DNA of 64,000 nt from an uncultured virus (IMG/VR IMGVR_UViG_3300032073_000002) (lineage: Duplodnaviria > Heunggongvirae > Uroviricota > Caudoviricetes). The stretch is from IMG/VR virus record IMGVR_UViG_3300032073_000002; one strand, written 5' to 3'. Positions 38,884 through 46,767 of this stretch are shown in pieces. The notes under the pieces are model-generated. The model was not told the origin of the DNA. It worked only from the letters and a program-made list of their open reading frames with translations, and searched no databases. The translations under genes were made by a program, and so were the position numbers. The number at the start of each line of letters is the position of its first letter. Positions within the stretch are counted from its first letter, which is position 1.

Positions 38884-39571
38884 TAGAAGTCACGAAGCTC
38901 ACATCAATAATACCACTACATGACTGACCACTTGGACAACCTGTATCTGAACCCGATTTTTGAATGATATCTATATCATTGCCTGAACCAGTTAAGACTG
39001 CAGTAATTTTATTATCTGTTGCGTCTGCCTGAATAGTATTAATGTCATTTGTTGAACCTGTAACAGTCCAGTTCCAAACAGCATTGTCACTATCTATCTT
39101 TGTTGTGAATACATTACTTGAACCACCTACTACTAAGTCCCAGTTTAAGTATTCTGCAGACTGGTCGTATCCAACATCAATATCAAATGTGTTAGATGAA
39201 CCTGTAACAGCTCCTAACATATTTAAGTTATCTGCTGAACCTTGATAACCAACGTTCCAATCCATTGAGTTTGAATCACCAGTAAAAGTTAAATTTACTG
39301 TTGAACTATCTGCAATGAATGGGCCGTATAGTTTGTTACTGTCACCGAATTGTACTAGTGTTAAACTATTGGTAGCACCAGTCAATAACATATCTATTGA
39401 CGTACCACTAAAGTCATCACCACCAACTTTGTTACCATAACCTTTTTGTGTTATGTTTAAAGTAAGCGCAGTACCCGATTGTTGTAACCAAACTTCATTA
39501 TCGTCTGCTCCAGCAAATGCTAAAGTTGACGCTCCTAATGTTAACATCATGAGTAATATTTTATTCTTCAT
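38843..39571 (-). CDS. secreted curlin-like repeat protein
   Basis: Signal peptide ending ALA-type (LAFA); ~23-26 aa repeats with G-x-x-N (QKGYGN, QFGDSN, TGDSN, TGSSN, GGSSN, TGSTN, TGSGN). Confidence 0.75.
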   Translation of the reverse strand: MKNKILLMMLTLGASTLAFAGADDNEVWLQQSGTALTLNITQKGYGNKVGGDDFSGTSIDMLLTGATNSLTLVQFGDSNKLYGPFIADSSTVNLTFTGDSNSMDWNVGYQGSADNLNMLGAVTGSSNTFDIDVGYDQSAEYLNWDLVVGGSSNVFTTKIDSDNAVWNWTVTGSTNDINTIQADATDNKITAVLTGSGNDIDIIQKSGSDTGCPSGQSCSGIIDVSFVTSNANIDIVQKDDND

Positions 39572-40469
39572 CTGTTATTTCCTCTGTTGAATGTTTCTCG
39601 TTCCTTCCATGAGTTCCATGTGGGTGTCGATGTCCATCCTTTATTATCCAAAAGTCTCTATCATGACCTTGGTATATTAGTTCCAAGACGGCAAGTTCTA
39701 TCGCTGAACGAGTTGCTTTTGTAACTCCCTCATTGGCTGCGACGCCATCTTCCATTTCCACTAACTTCGTATCCATATCAACGAAGCGGAATACATCATA
39801 ACCACCACCTGTACTAAGAATCGTTTTCTGAGTCTGTACATTCAGCAAAATTTCACCTGTTAAAGTTGATATTCCTCTCAACGATATGGTGACAACATCC
39901 CTACGATAGGAAGCACTTGAACCAATACCTAAGTATCTTGCGCCTCTACCACCGCTTTCAATGTTAGTATCATAACCAACTATCCCACCGTCAAGCAGGA
40001 TACCAGCAAACAGCAATGGTTGAATACCTGTTGGAGCATTCTCATTTCCATCTTGGTTTGCAAAGTCTTCTCTTGCAGAACGAACTATTTGACGCTCTCT
40101 TATTAGTGCATCTAAGTTTGTTCTTTCTACAACTCTAAACCATTTACCTTTTCCAGCAGTCTTCAAGGCATCAATCAAAAATGATTCTGCACCTTGGGTT
40201 ACTGCAGTAGAGAAAGATGCAATTCCATCTTTACTCTTACGTTGTCCTGTCTTATCTTGAAAAGCGTATACTGCAACTACTGGCATCGTATCCGCTGCTG
40301 GTAAATCAGACAACTCTTGATAAGTAGGTATATTTACCACTTCTGCTTCTTCAACGCATGTACCTAACCTTTCCATCACAATGGAAGAACATGAGTCTGT
40401 CATGCTGGGAATACTAGCACACCCACTCATGAGTAGAACTAGTAGTCCTACTGTTAGTATATTTTTCAT
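39561..40469 (-). CDS. csgG: curli secretion outer-membrane lipoprotein
   Basis: Lipobox LMSGC; VAVYAFQDKTGQRK, FSTAVTQGA, WFRVVER..LDALIRERQI, GGIVGYDTN..SGG.GARYLGIG. Confidence 0.9.
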   Translation of the reverse strand: MKNILTVGLLVLLMSGCASIPSMTDSCSSIVMERLGTCVEEAEVVNIPTYQELSDLPAADTMPVVAVYAFQDKTGQRKSKDGIASFSTAVTQGAESFLIDALKTAGKGKWFRVVERTNLDALIRERQIVRSAREDFANQDGNENAPTGIQPLLFAGILLDGGIVGYDTNIESGGRGARYLGIGSSASYRRDVVTISLRGISTLTGEILLNVQTQKTILSTGGGYDVFRFVDMDTKLVEMEDGVAANEGVTKATRSAIELAVLELIYQGHDRDFWIIKDGHRHPHGTHGRNEKHSTEEITDEE

Positions 40470-40472
40470 TGT

Positions 40473-40934
40473 TTAGAAGCTTCCTGTTCCTACTGGTATA
40501 TCTAAAACTGTTGTTGTTCCATCTTCAGTAACAATTGTTAATCTTATGAAATCGACACCATCTTCCCCAGTCATTCTTTCATATGTAACAGTGTTTCCTT
40601 CCATTACAAATGTACCATAATTAGCTGCAGTTCCATTTGAGAACATATTTTCAACTAACTGTTTTGCTAACTGAGCGTAGATTCTACTCTCTACGTTCCT
40701 TAAAAATTTGGCAAGCGTTGTATTCTGAGCTTCCCTATCTGCTTTTGCAATTGCATCTTCCAAGTCTTGCTTTATTTTATCACGTCTTGACTTCTCTTGA
40801 TTTTCAATTGTAAGATAATGTGCAGATATTCCTATTCCACTGAAGCTTGGACTTTTAAATTTGTGAACAATTTCATCTGCACTTACACTAAGTGCAAAAG
40901 AAATACTAATTATTATCGCTGCTATTTTCTGCAT
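40473..40934 (-). CDS. csgF: curli assembly protein CsgF-like (start probably MQKIA)
   Basis: Signal peptide, then EIVHKFKSPSFSG matching the CsgF N-terminal pore-binding peptide; directly upstream of csgG. Confidence 0.8.
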   Translation of the reverse strand: MQKIAAIIISISFALSVSADEIVHKFKSPSFSGIGISAHYLTIENQEKSRRDKIKQDLEDAIAKADREAQNTTLAKFLRNVESRIYAQLAKQLVENMFSNGTAANYGTFVMEGNTVTYERMTGEDGVDFIRLTIVTEDGTTTVLDIPVGTGSF

Positions 40935-41223
40935 TCTTAACCTCTTTCTTTTTTGCGTTCTCTTTATATTCAAGAACTACGTCTACCTTTTGTTGTAAAC
41001 GAATTAAATCTTGGTCTAACATTCTCACTTGGTCAATAACTTTGATAAGTGCAAAATGCTGTTTCTCTATTTCGGGTTCTAGTTTTTCACCTACAAACCA
41101 CCAAATATAATAAATGAAATATCCCAGGCCAACCATCATGACAATAGGAAAACCATATTCATTCAGTAGAGTAACTAACGTGGGGTCTGTATTTGCTACA
41201 ACTTCAACAACTTCAGTTTCCAT
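40906..41223 (-). CDS. single-TM coiled-coil membrane protein
   Basis: YGFPIVMMVGLGYFIYYIW TM followed by heptads. Confidence 0.7.
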   Translation of the reverse strand: METEVVEVVANTDPTLVTLLNEYGFPIVMMVGLGYFIYYIWWFVGEKLEPEIEKQHFALIKVIDQVRMLDQDLIRLQQKVDVVLEYKENAKKKEVKNAENSSDNN

Positions 41224-41224
41224 G

Positions 41225-41521
41225 TTAATCTCTTCTTACGTCGAGCTTACCGTCTTCTATAAAGTTTTCTGCACGTGCAATACGTTCTATGTCGGGTCTC
41301 AATTCAAGTGCTGATGAAACTAACATGTCAATCTTAATCATTTCATTTGACATTGTTCTCGCACGGTTTTCTAAGGACTTGCAGAACATCGTTAACGTTT
41401 TTATATCGTCAACAACACCCTCAAGGATTTGTTTGATAACAGTAAAGATAAAGAATCCCATGACTATGCTTCCAGCAATTGGGGCTCCCACTTCACCTAT
41501 CAACTCAAATATCTCATTCAT
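41225..41521 (-). CDS. single-TM coiled-coil membrane protein (paralog-like of the previous gene)
   Basis: VGAPIAGSIVMGFFIFTVI TM followed by heptads; first gene after the late promoter. Confidence 0.7.
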   Translation of the reverse strand: MNEIFELIGEVGAPIAGSIVMGFFIFTVIKQILEGVVDDIKTLTMFCKSLENRARTMSNEMIKIDMLVSSALELRPDIERIARAENFIEDGKLDVRRD

Positions 41522-41526
41522 GCAAT

Positions 41527-41533
41527 TATTTAT
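41527..41533 (-). promoter_or_regulatory. gp55-type late promoter of the curli/cyclase operon
   Basis: ATAAATA 5 nt before ATG. Confidence 0.65.
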
Positions 41534-41556
41534 TCTTTTTACTTTCTTGTAAGCGC

Positions 41557-41586
41557 AAAAAAGGGACGATAAACGTCCCTCTTTTT
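41557..41586 (-). terminator. Rho-independent terminator
   Basis: AGGGACG-TTTAT-CGTCCCT stem-loop followed by a T run. Confidence 0.8.
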
Positions 41587-41602
41587 CAAACTCTGTTAAG
41601 AG

Positions 41603-41854
41603 TTACTTCAATTGTTCACGAATTTCGCTGATAACTGCAGCCTTTGCGCCAGATTTTTTAACCTTAAGGTTCTTCTTTTCTGCAAGTTCTACTAGTTGAT
41701 TCTTTGTGAGTTTCTTCAACTCTGCAACTGTAGGTGCTTTAGGCTTTGCTTTGGAAGGAACAGATTTAGGTTTAACCTTTTTATCTTTTCCTTTAACAAC
41801 GAAAAACACGACCGCCAATACGAGTAGTAATACTATCCCTGTTGTACTGTCCAT
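41603..41854 (-). CDS. membrane-anchored protein with a Rho-N/HeH-like C-terminal domain
   Basis: TM, K/P linker, ELKKLTKNQLVELAEKKNL..K.A.I. Confidence 0.65.
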   Translation of the reverse strand: MDSTTGIVLLLVLAVVFFVVKGKDKKVKPKSVPSKAKPKAPTVAELKKLTKNQLVELAEKKNLKVKKSGAKAAVISEIREQLK

Positions 41855-41871
41855 AATGTTCTCCTAATTAT

Positions 41872-42066
41872 TTACTTATCCAATAATGGATTTTTATCCT
41901 TTGCTTTTCCTATTGCTAGAGCAAAGACTTCTATGTATTTATAGCATTTTGCCCAAAGAGCATCGTCTTTAGGTGTATCTGTAAGCATAACAATCACTGA
42001 ACAAATCGAAATGATTGCTGGAATGGCTGACATAAATGCCCATACACTACTTATAAAGTCCCACAT
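41872..42066 (-). CDS. small membrane protein (holin-like candidate)
   Basis: TM + LTDTPKDD + amphipathic helix. Confidence 0.55.
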   Translation of the reverse strand: MWDFISSVWAFMSAIPAIISICSVIVMLTDTPKDDALWAKCYKYIEVFALAIGKAKDKNPLLDK

Positions 42067-42103
42067 ATGTTATCTCCTATTAAAGTTTAACAGAAGTATT
42101 TAT

Positions 42104-42529
42104 CTATTTGGAACCACCAATAGAGTATTTAGTGGTTAATTTCCAGTTGGATTTCTCTTTGTATGGTATGATTTTGATTTGAGAGAGGGGTGCGTTCGGT
42201 TCTTCTATCTTAGAAGGGTCGACTAAAGTTACGAGTTTCCACTGTGCTAGCAGCTTACAGATAGTGTTTCTTCTACCGATATCTGACTCATCTATGTTGG
42301 TAGGTTTACCATCTAGTTTGAATAGTTCTTTGAAGTGAGTGATGTAATACTTACCACGTTTGTGTAGTATGTGACAAGATTGAAATAGTTCTTGTTCTCT
42401 TCTTGATGCAACTCCTATGCGTGATAGTGTTTCCCTTATCTTAAGGAAGTCATCTTTTTCGGGGAAGGTTACCTCTACGAGGTCTTGTACTATTTTATCT
42501 TGTGCATCATCCATTGTTATTACCACCAA
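42104..42529 (-). CDS. regA: translational repressor RegA
   Basis: DDFLKIRETLSRIGVAS, QSCHILHKRGKYYITHFKELF.LDG. Confidence 0.95.
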   Translation of the reverse strand: MVVITMDDAQDKIVQDLVEVTFPEKDDFLKIRETLSRIGVASRREQELFQSCHILHKRGKYYITHFKELFKLDGKPTNIDESDIGRRNTICKLLAQWKLVTLVDPSKIEEPNAPLSQIKIIPYKEKSNWKLTTKYSIGGSK

Positions 42530-42899
42530 TATTCATTCTGTCTTTCAACTCACGTAACTCTTTATCAGATAAGAGAGTGTATAAATCTTTGGCCTCTCTT
42601 GTTGACATCTGATAATATTGTTTTACGACATCGAGTTTTTTACTAACATATGGTTTAGACCACTTTGAAAATCTTTGTCGTTTTCGTAAAGTATTTAGGA
42701 AAAACACATATTGAAGACGGTTGTCTAGACCGTGTCGACAGTTCATTTCGTTAGTAAAGAAAACAGAATCTTGGTGGTAAGACAAAGATTTGTTTATTAA
42801 GAATGGTTGATATGCTTTCTCTTCGATATCATCAACCATGATATCAGTCTTATCGGAAGAGACCGACTTGACAAAATCGAATGGATTTCGTTTTGCCAC
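42507..42899 (-). CDS. gp62: clamp loader small subunit
   Basis: YQPFLINKSLS...NEMN...RKRQRFSKW; located before regA. Confidence 0.9.
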   Translation of the reverse strand: MAKRNPFDFVKSVSSDKTDIMVDDIEEKAYQPFLINKSLSYHQDSVFFTNEMNCRHGLDNRLQYVFFLNTLRKRQRFSKWSKPYVSKKLDVVKQYYQMSTREAKDLYTLLSDKELRELKDRMNIGGNNNG

Positions 42900-43160
42900 T
42901 TATGTATTTCTTATGTAAGAATCTAGTAGTGCTTGACCAGTTAGAGCTTTACCAAAGTATACAGTTTCACCTGTTGACTTTATCTCTCTTTTCACAACAC
43001 CGTTGTTATATTCAATGTCCATCACTGAACCATCGTTACCTCTTGTGTCGTACCACATTGAAGTAAAGGAATGTGCATGAAGTGATTTAACACCCTGTGA
43101 CCATTTCTCAGCTTCTAGTAGCAGTCTTTGTCGTTCTACTGTTTCATTATATTCTGTCAT
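42900..43160 (-). CDS. hypothetical protein
   Basis: 86 aa ORF coupled between gp44 and gp62. Confidence 0.6.
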   Translation of the reverse strand: MTEYNETVERQRLLLEAEKWSQGVKSLHAHSFTSMWYDTRGNDGSVMDIEYNNGVVKREIKSTGETVYFGKALTGQALLDSYIRNT

Positions 43161-44095
43161 TTGAACTTACATTCTCCCATGATTTCAGTTAGACAAGCAA
43201 CAAAGTTTATCTCTGAATCCATTGCAAATGCAGACTTGTATTGATAGTCTGCAATAATTAACACACACGCTGGAATTGATTGGGGTTCCAATTGTAATTC
43301 CAGTGCATTGAAAACCTTTCTGAATAATGAATTAAAATCATTATCAGAATTAGTCCCGACCCACTTTCTCATGGCAGACCAGTTCTTCTCTTTAATATTA
43401 TTTATCAAAGGGGTTAACTTTTCTTCGGATAGTGTTGAAATCAATCCACTATCAATTACACCACTGACACCATATCTCTGAATCTCATTCAGACATCTTC
43501 GGAAGTCGGGGAAGAACTTCATTATAAGTTCTGCAAGTACCCTTTCATCTGCATCAATCTTTTCAATCTCACAAATGTTTTTACATCTGAGTAACATCTG
43601 TTGTGCAAGTTGTGGTTTTTGTTTTGGTGTAATACTAAAATCGATTACTGTAGTTCTAGAATGTAATGGTGGAATAATTCTATTCTTATAATTACATGTA
43701 AAGATAAATCTACAGTTGGATGAGAACTCTTCTATGAAGTTTCTCAAAGCTGGTTGAACTGAATCTGCAGATATGTAATCTGCTTCATCTAAGATTACAA
43801 CCTTTGCACCACCCGATAATGAAACCGTTGATGCAAAGTTTTTAATCTTTGTTCTGAGTGTGTCAATCAAACGTCCTTCGTCGGAACCATTGATTACTAT
43901 AAAGTCTGCATCGAGTTCGTTACACAGTGCTTTTGCAACTGTTGTTTTACCAACACCTGCTGACCCACACAATAATAGATTAGGTACTTCTCCATTCTTT
44001 ACAAATTCCTTAAAGGTTTCTTTAAGTTCTTTTGGAAGTATCGTATCATCAATAGTCTGAGGACGATACTTTTCTACATAGAGAAATTCATTCAT
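43157..44095 (-). CDS. gp44: clamp loader large subunit (start MNEFLYVEKYRP)
   Basis: EKYRP, GSAGVGKTT, DEAD, SR motif. Confidence 0.95.
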   Translation of the reverse strand: MNEFLYVEKYRPQTIDDTILPKELKETFKEFVKNGEVPNLLLCGSAGVGKTTVAKALCNELDADFIVINGSDEGRLIDTLRTKIKNFASTVSLSGGAKVVILDEADYISADSVQPALRNFIEEFSSNCRFIFTCNYKNRIIPPLHSRTTVIDFSITPKQKPQLAQQMLLRCKNICEIEKIDADERVLAELIMKFFPDFRRCLNEIQRYGVSGVIDSGLISTLSEEKLTPLINNIKEKNWSAMRKWVGTNSDNDFNSLFRKVFNALELQLEPQSIPACVLIIADYQYKSAFAMDSEINFVACLTEIMGECKFK

Positions 44096-44206
44096 GAGAG
44101 CAAACCCCCCACCGAGTTTGCAGTGCAGTCCACCCAATGATGAGTGAGGACTACTCCCGCGTATATTGCAGAGACTGGCACAATATTCACACTATTATTA
44201 TATAGG

Positions 44207-44875
44207 TTAGGCATTGTATTTGCTGTCAGGCTCCAGTGCAATAAAGTATTCCAACTCTACATCTGCATTGTTGAAATGAGATATACCTTTTGATGATACT
44301 TGAACATCATAGTTACCATCTAGAATTTTAAGATTCTCCATCTTGAAATTCATTTCATAAGAAGTTCCATCACCTTCACCTACGATTCTTGAGAATGTAT
44401 TAGAGGTATCACTCTTCTTGTCTGTGACAATCAATGTCACATTAGTACCATCTGATTTGAGAATCAAATCATTAACACCTAGGACAGCTGCAGCTTTCTT
44501 AAGGTCGGTCAATAATGTTGACGTTACTTTGAATTCTATCTCTGCCTCTGGCATAGTTATCATTTTTTCGGGTGCAGTTACCATTCCTTCAGCTGCATAG
44601 AAATATGACAATGAGGAATTGTTATCTGCCACAGACAATGAGGAATCATTGAATTGGAAGTCGGGGTCATCCATTAAGGATGTTGCACCTAAGAATTCTG
44701 GCAGGTTGTAGATACTGAAGTCTTGAGGGAAGTCCTCAGCCACAGTTGCTACTGCAAGAATGTTTTTCATATTGGAAATAGTTTCCAGTTTGTTGCCTGT
44801 TTTGACTCGAATGCCCGAGTTGATTGTAGAGAAGTTCTTTAGAACATCTTTCGTATCATTACTAATTTTCATCAC
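44207..44875 (-). CDS. gp45: sliding clamp
   Basis: LKNFSTINSGI, IYNLPEFL, YFIALE; position before gp44. Confidence 0.93.
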   Translation of the reverse strand: MMKISNDTKDVLKNFSTINSGIRVKTGNKLETISNMKNILAVATVAEDFPQDFSIYNLPEFLGATSLMDDPDFQFNDSSLSVADNNSSLSYFYAAEGMVTAPEKMITMPEAEIEFKVTSTLLTDLKKAAAVLGVNDLILKSDGTNVTLIVTDKKSDTSNTFSRIVGEGDGTSYEMNFKMENLKILDGNYDVQVSSKGISHFNNADVELEYFIALEPDSKYNA

Positions 44876-45171
44876 TAGTTAGTCTCCTTATAATTATCGT
44901 GGTTGTACAAAGCAAGGAATCCATAATGAATTACCTTGAGAAGGTCAGCACGATTATAACCACCCTTCTTGCCGTATCGTTGTGCATATTTCATCACGTT
45001 CCCGATACAAAATCCTTCACCGTGACCACCATCCATAATAAACTCAGTTGCCTGAAACTTATCTTTGGAATAATGTTCACCGTATGTTTTGTCTACGTAG
45101 AGCTTGAACTCCTTGAGGAGTTCTTGCTCATTGTATTTGTAGTCTATTGTTTGAACTTTTTTACCAAACAT
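44875..45171 (-). CDS. DUF3310-like protein
   Basis: TYGEHY...GFCIGNVMKYAQRYGKK...DLLKVIHY. Confidence 0.7.
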   Translation of the reverse strand: MFGKKVQTIDYKYNEQELLKEFKLYVDKTYGEHYSKDKFQATEFIMDGGHGEGFCIGNVMKYAQRYGKKGGYNRADLLKVIHYGFLALYNHDNYKETN

Positions 45172-45177
45172 GATACC

Positions 45178-45206
45178 AGTATACTCCTAGTACCCTGTTT
45201 CGTCAA
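45178..45206 (-). promoter_or_regulatory. sigma70-type promoter
   Basis: TTGACG-N17-TATACT, 6 nt before ATG. Confidence 0.65.
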
Positions 45207-46455
45207 CAGGGTTTTCTGAAATTTCTTCAGCATTCAAATCTATCCCAGCATCAATCTTGGAATAGAGGTCGAGGATACTATTTCTAGTCTCTTCGTCGAA
45301 CCTTGAAATACACATAGTGATTGACTTGAGTTTGTCATTGAACATTCTGAATGCATTGACAATGTGAACCAATCTTCTAGTCGTAACAACATCATCAATA
45401 CCACCTTCGTAATATGTTTTTCTGATAATGTCAGCCCAGTCAACAAGCTTCTCAACGAAGTCTGCATCAACGTCACCAGTCAATTCCATTTCTTTTGAAA
45501 GGATTGACTTCTCAGTTTTCACTGGTGGATATTCTTGTTGCATTGTGATTGCAAATCTTTCCAACATGGCTTCGTTCATGATTTGAGTTCCTATGAACTT
45601 TCCATCATCGGAACCTTGTCCTTTAGTGTTTGCAGTCGCAAGGATTGTGAAACCCTGTTTAGGTGAAACCCACTCACCAGTTTTCTTGATTAGGTATCCT
45701 TTACCTTCAAGAACTGATTGTAGACACATCAACTTGTTTGAACCAAGGTCGACTTCGTCTAATAGAAGTACAGCACCTTTTCTCATTGCTTTGATAACTG
45801 GCCCTTCTCTGAAGACAACGTTACCGTTTACTAAAGTGTGACCACCCATTAGGTCATCTTCATCTGTCTCGATGGTGATGTTAACCCTGTAGAGTTCTCT
45901 CTTCAATTGAGCACACGTTTGTTCAATCATAAGAGTTTTACCATTACCACTCAGACCAGTAACGAATACTGGAAAAAAGATTTTGGATTTAATAATATTC
46001 TTGACATCTTTGAAATGTCCAAAAGGAACATAGTTAGACATCTTCTCGGGAATGATTTTTACACCATCGTCAAGTAGATTGACTGACTCTGTTTGAGCTG
46101 CAACTGGCATGTTACTTGGGGAAGCAACAGCTGCAATTGGAGCAGGTTTAACTGGAACAGGAGTGGCATCATCTGAATACCCACCATTGTAACCAGTAAT
46201 AACAGCCTGAAGGTTGTACAACAAAGGCCCAGTCTCTTGAGCTTCTTTGAAGTTATACTTCGAGGATTTTATCCATGAAGGGAAATAACCATCAAAGGCA
46301 TCTTTGATTTCTTTCCTTCCAAAGGACGTTTGGTTAGGGAATTTAGAAACGAGTTCTCCCAAAAACTCCGCCCTGTCGGGTGTGTAAGAAAATTTCTTAC
46401 CGTTTACATCAATTGAATTTGTCATATAGTCTCCGTTTTCAATTTGTTTTCTCAT
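45187..46455 (-). CDS. cobS: MoxR/CobS-like AAA+ ATPase
   Basis: GLSGNGKT, LLLDEVD, ATANTKG, NEAMLERF. Confidence 0.85.
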   Translation of the reverse strand: MRKQIENGDYMTNSIDVNGKKFSYTPDRAEFLGELVSKFPNQTSFGRKEIKDAFDGYFPSWIKSSKYNFKEAQETGPLLYNLQAVITGYNGGYSDDATPVPVKPAPIAAVASPSNMPVAAQTESVNLLDDGVKIIPEKMSNYVPFGHFKDVKNIIKSKIFFPVFVTGLSGNGKTLMIEQTCAQLKRELYRVNITIETDEDDLMGGHTLVNGNVVFREGPVIKAMRKGAVLLLDEVDLGSNKLMCLQSVLEGKGYLIKKTGEWVSPKQGFTILATANTKGQGSDDGKFIGTQIMNEAMLERFAITMQQEYPPVKTEKSILSKEMELTGDVDADFVEKLVDWADIIRKTYYEGGIDDVVTTRRLVHIVNAFRMFNDKLKSITMCISRFDEETRNSILDLYSKIDAGIDLNAEEISENPVDETGY

Positions 46456-46462
46456 CTTTTAT

Positions 46463-46495
46463 AGTATACTAAAAAGCTGATGGCATTGTCAAGGC
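46463..46495 (-). promoter_or_regulatory. early promoter, GCCTTGACAATGC class
   Basis: GCCTTGACAATGCC...TATACT, 18 nt spacer. Confidence 0.75.
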
Positions 46496-46497
46496 TG

Positions 46498-46767
46498 TTA
46501 TTTAAGCTCTTCAAATCTAGTTCCCATCTTCTCTAGGCATTTTACTACACCTTTTTTATTTTTCTCAGTCAAATAGTTCTCACCTTTATTGACCCATATC
46601 CTAAATGCAAAACATTCTTTTGCTTCAGTTTTACATTCCTGTATCTTTGGACAATTATGGAAGGTGCATGGGGCAGGCCCAACATCCATAACTGCATCTG
46701 CAAACTTTGAATAATCAGTTTGATGATTAATGTAATATGCTTCGTCTACTCTTAATGGGTCTCTCAT
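46498..46767 (-). CDS. Cys-containing hypothetical protein
   Basis: PC...C....C......C.AF..WV pattern. Confidence 0.55.
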   Translation of the reverse strand: MRDPLRVDEAYYINHQTDYSKFADAVMDVGPAPCTFHNCPKIQECKTEAKECFAFRIWVNKGENYLTEKNKKGVVKCLEKMGTRFEELK

